A DNA stretch of 64,000 nucleotides from Squalus acanthias. Taxonomy: Eukaryota. A program made the translations under genes and the position numbers. This document shows, in pieces, positions 63,283-64,000 of this stretch (position 1 is its first letter; every line of letters begins with the position of its first letter). The notes under the pieces are model-generated. The model saw only the letters and a program-made list of their open reading frames with translations, was not told where the DNA came from and did not search any database. The stretch lies in assembly GCA_030390025.1 (NCBI GenBank), contig CM059431.1, forward strand, positions 97,032,001 to 97,096,000, written 5' to 3'.

Positions 63283-64000
63283 GGCTTAGGTAACAATCCA
63301 GAGATTATTACCTTAGAGGTTCTGCTTTTTAATTTGGACCCTAGCTCCTCAAACACTTTCAGCAGAAACTCATTCCTAGTTCTACCTATGTCGTTGGTTT
63401 CTACATGGACCACGACAACTGGATCCTACCCCTGCCACTCCAAATTTATCTCCAGCCTGGAGGAAACAATGTTAAGCCTGGCACCAGGCAGGCAACACAG
63501 CTTTTGGATCTCCCAGTCGTGAATGCAGAGAACAGTATCTATCCCCCAACTATAATGTCCCCTACCACTACAAATTACTTTTCACTCCCCCCACTTGAAT
63601 GGCCACCTGTACCATGGTGCCGTGGTTAGTTTGTTCATCAACTCTGCATGCTTTGTCCTCATCCACACAGGCAGCAAGAACCTCATACCTGTTGGACAAG
63701 GGCAAAGGCTGAGGCTCCTCCAGCACTGCACCTTGGGTCCCCTTCCCTGAATGAGTTGCAGTCATGCCCTCCTGTCCCTGACCACTAACCAGACCTGTAC
63801 TAGCTAACCTAAGGGGTGTGACTGCCTCCTGGATCAAAGTGTCCAGATAACTCCCTGATGCCCGACAATGTCTGCACCTTGGACTCCAACTCAACAACTC
63901 TGAGCTGAAGTTCCTCAAGATACAGACGCTTACTGCAGATGTGCTCTTCCAGAATCACGATGCTGTCCACAAACTCACATATGCTGCAGTTGCGGCACAC
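63283..64000 (-). mobile_element. Continuation of the minus-strand CR1 (ORF1), running off the window
   Basis: EEPQPLPLSNRYEVLA and HICSK, homologous to ORF1 at 50950-51885. Confidence 0.88.

Overview
Eukaryotic, vertebrate-type DNA; the CR1 and Penelope-like sequences suggest a cartilaginous fish, but that is inference. Bases 1-49140 are a degenerate 23-bp tandem satellite (consensus ~GACCCAAACACCAAGCGTTCCAG) carrying 17 PIF/Harbinger DNA transposon insertions: 4 full-length ~4.15-4.24 kb elements (DDE transposase on +, three-exon Myb/SANT-like gene on -), 12 ~0.89 kb MITEs in two subfamilies, and one 760-bp GC-rich MITE. Every one is inserted at the same register of the satellite unit (AARCAC^NNN^GYRTT, 3-bp TSD) and none is nested in another element. 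The satellite therefore behaves as a tandem array of Harbinger target sites. A variant satellite lacking the right half-site (50151-58440) has no Harbinger insertions. The right quarter holds CR1 LINEs (one near full length, one nested pair), a Penelope-like fragment with a minimal hammerhead ribozyme, and a short unique stretch with a possible 40-nt exon. Most ORFs in the supplied track are artefacts of the satellite.
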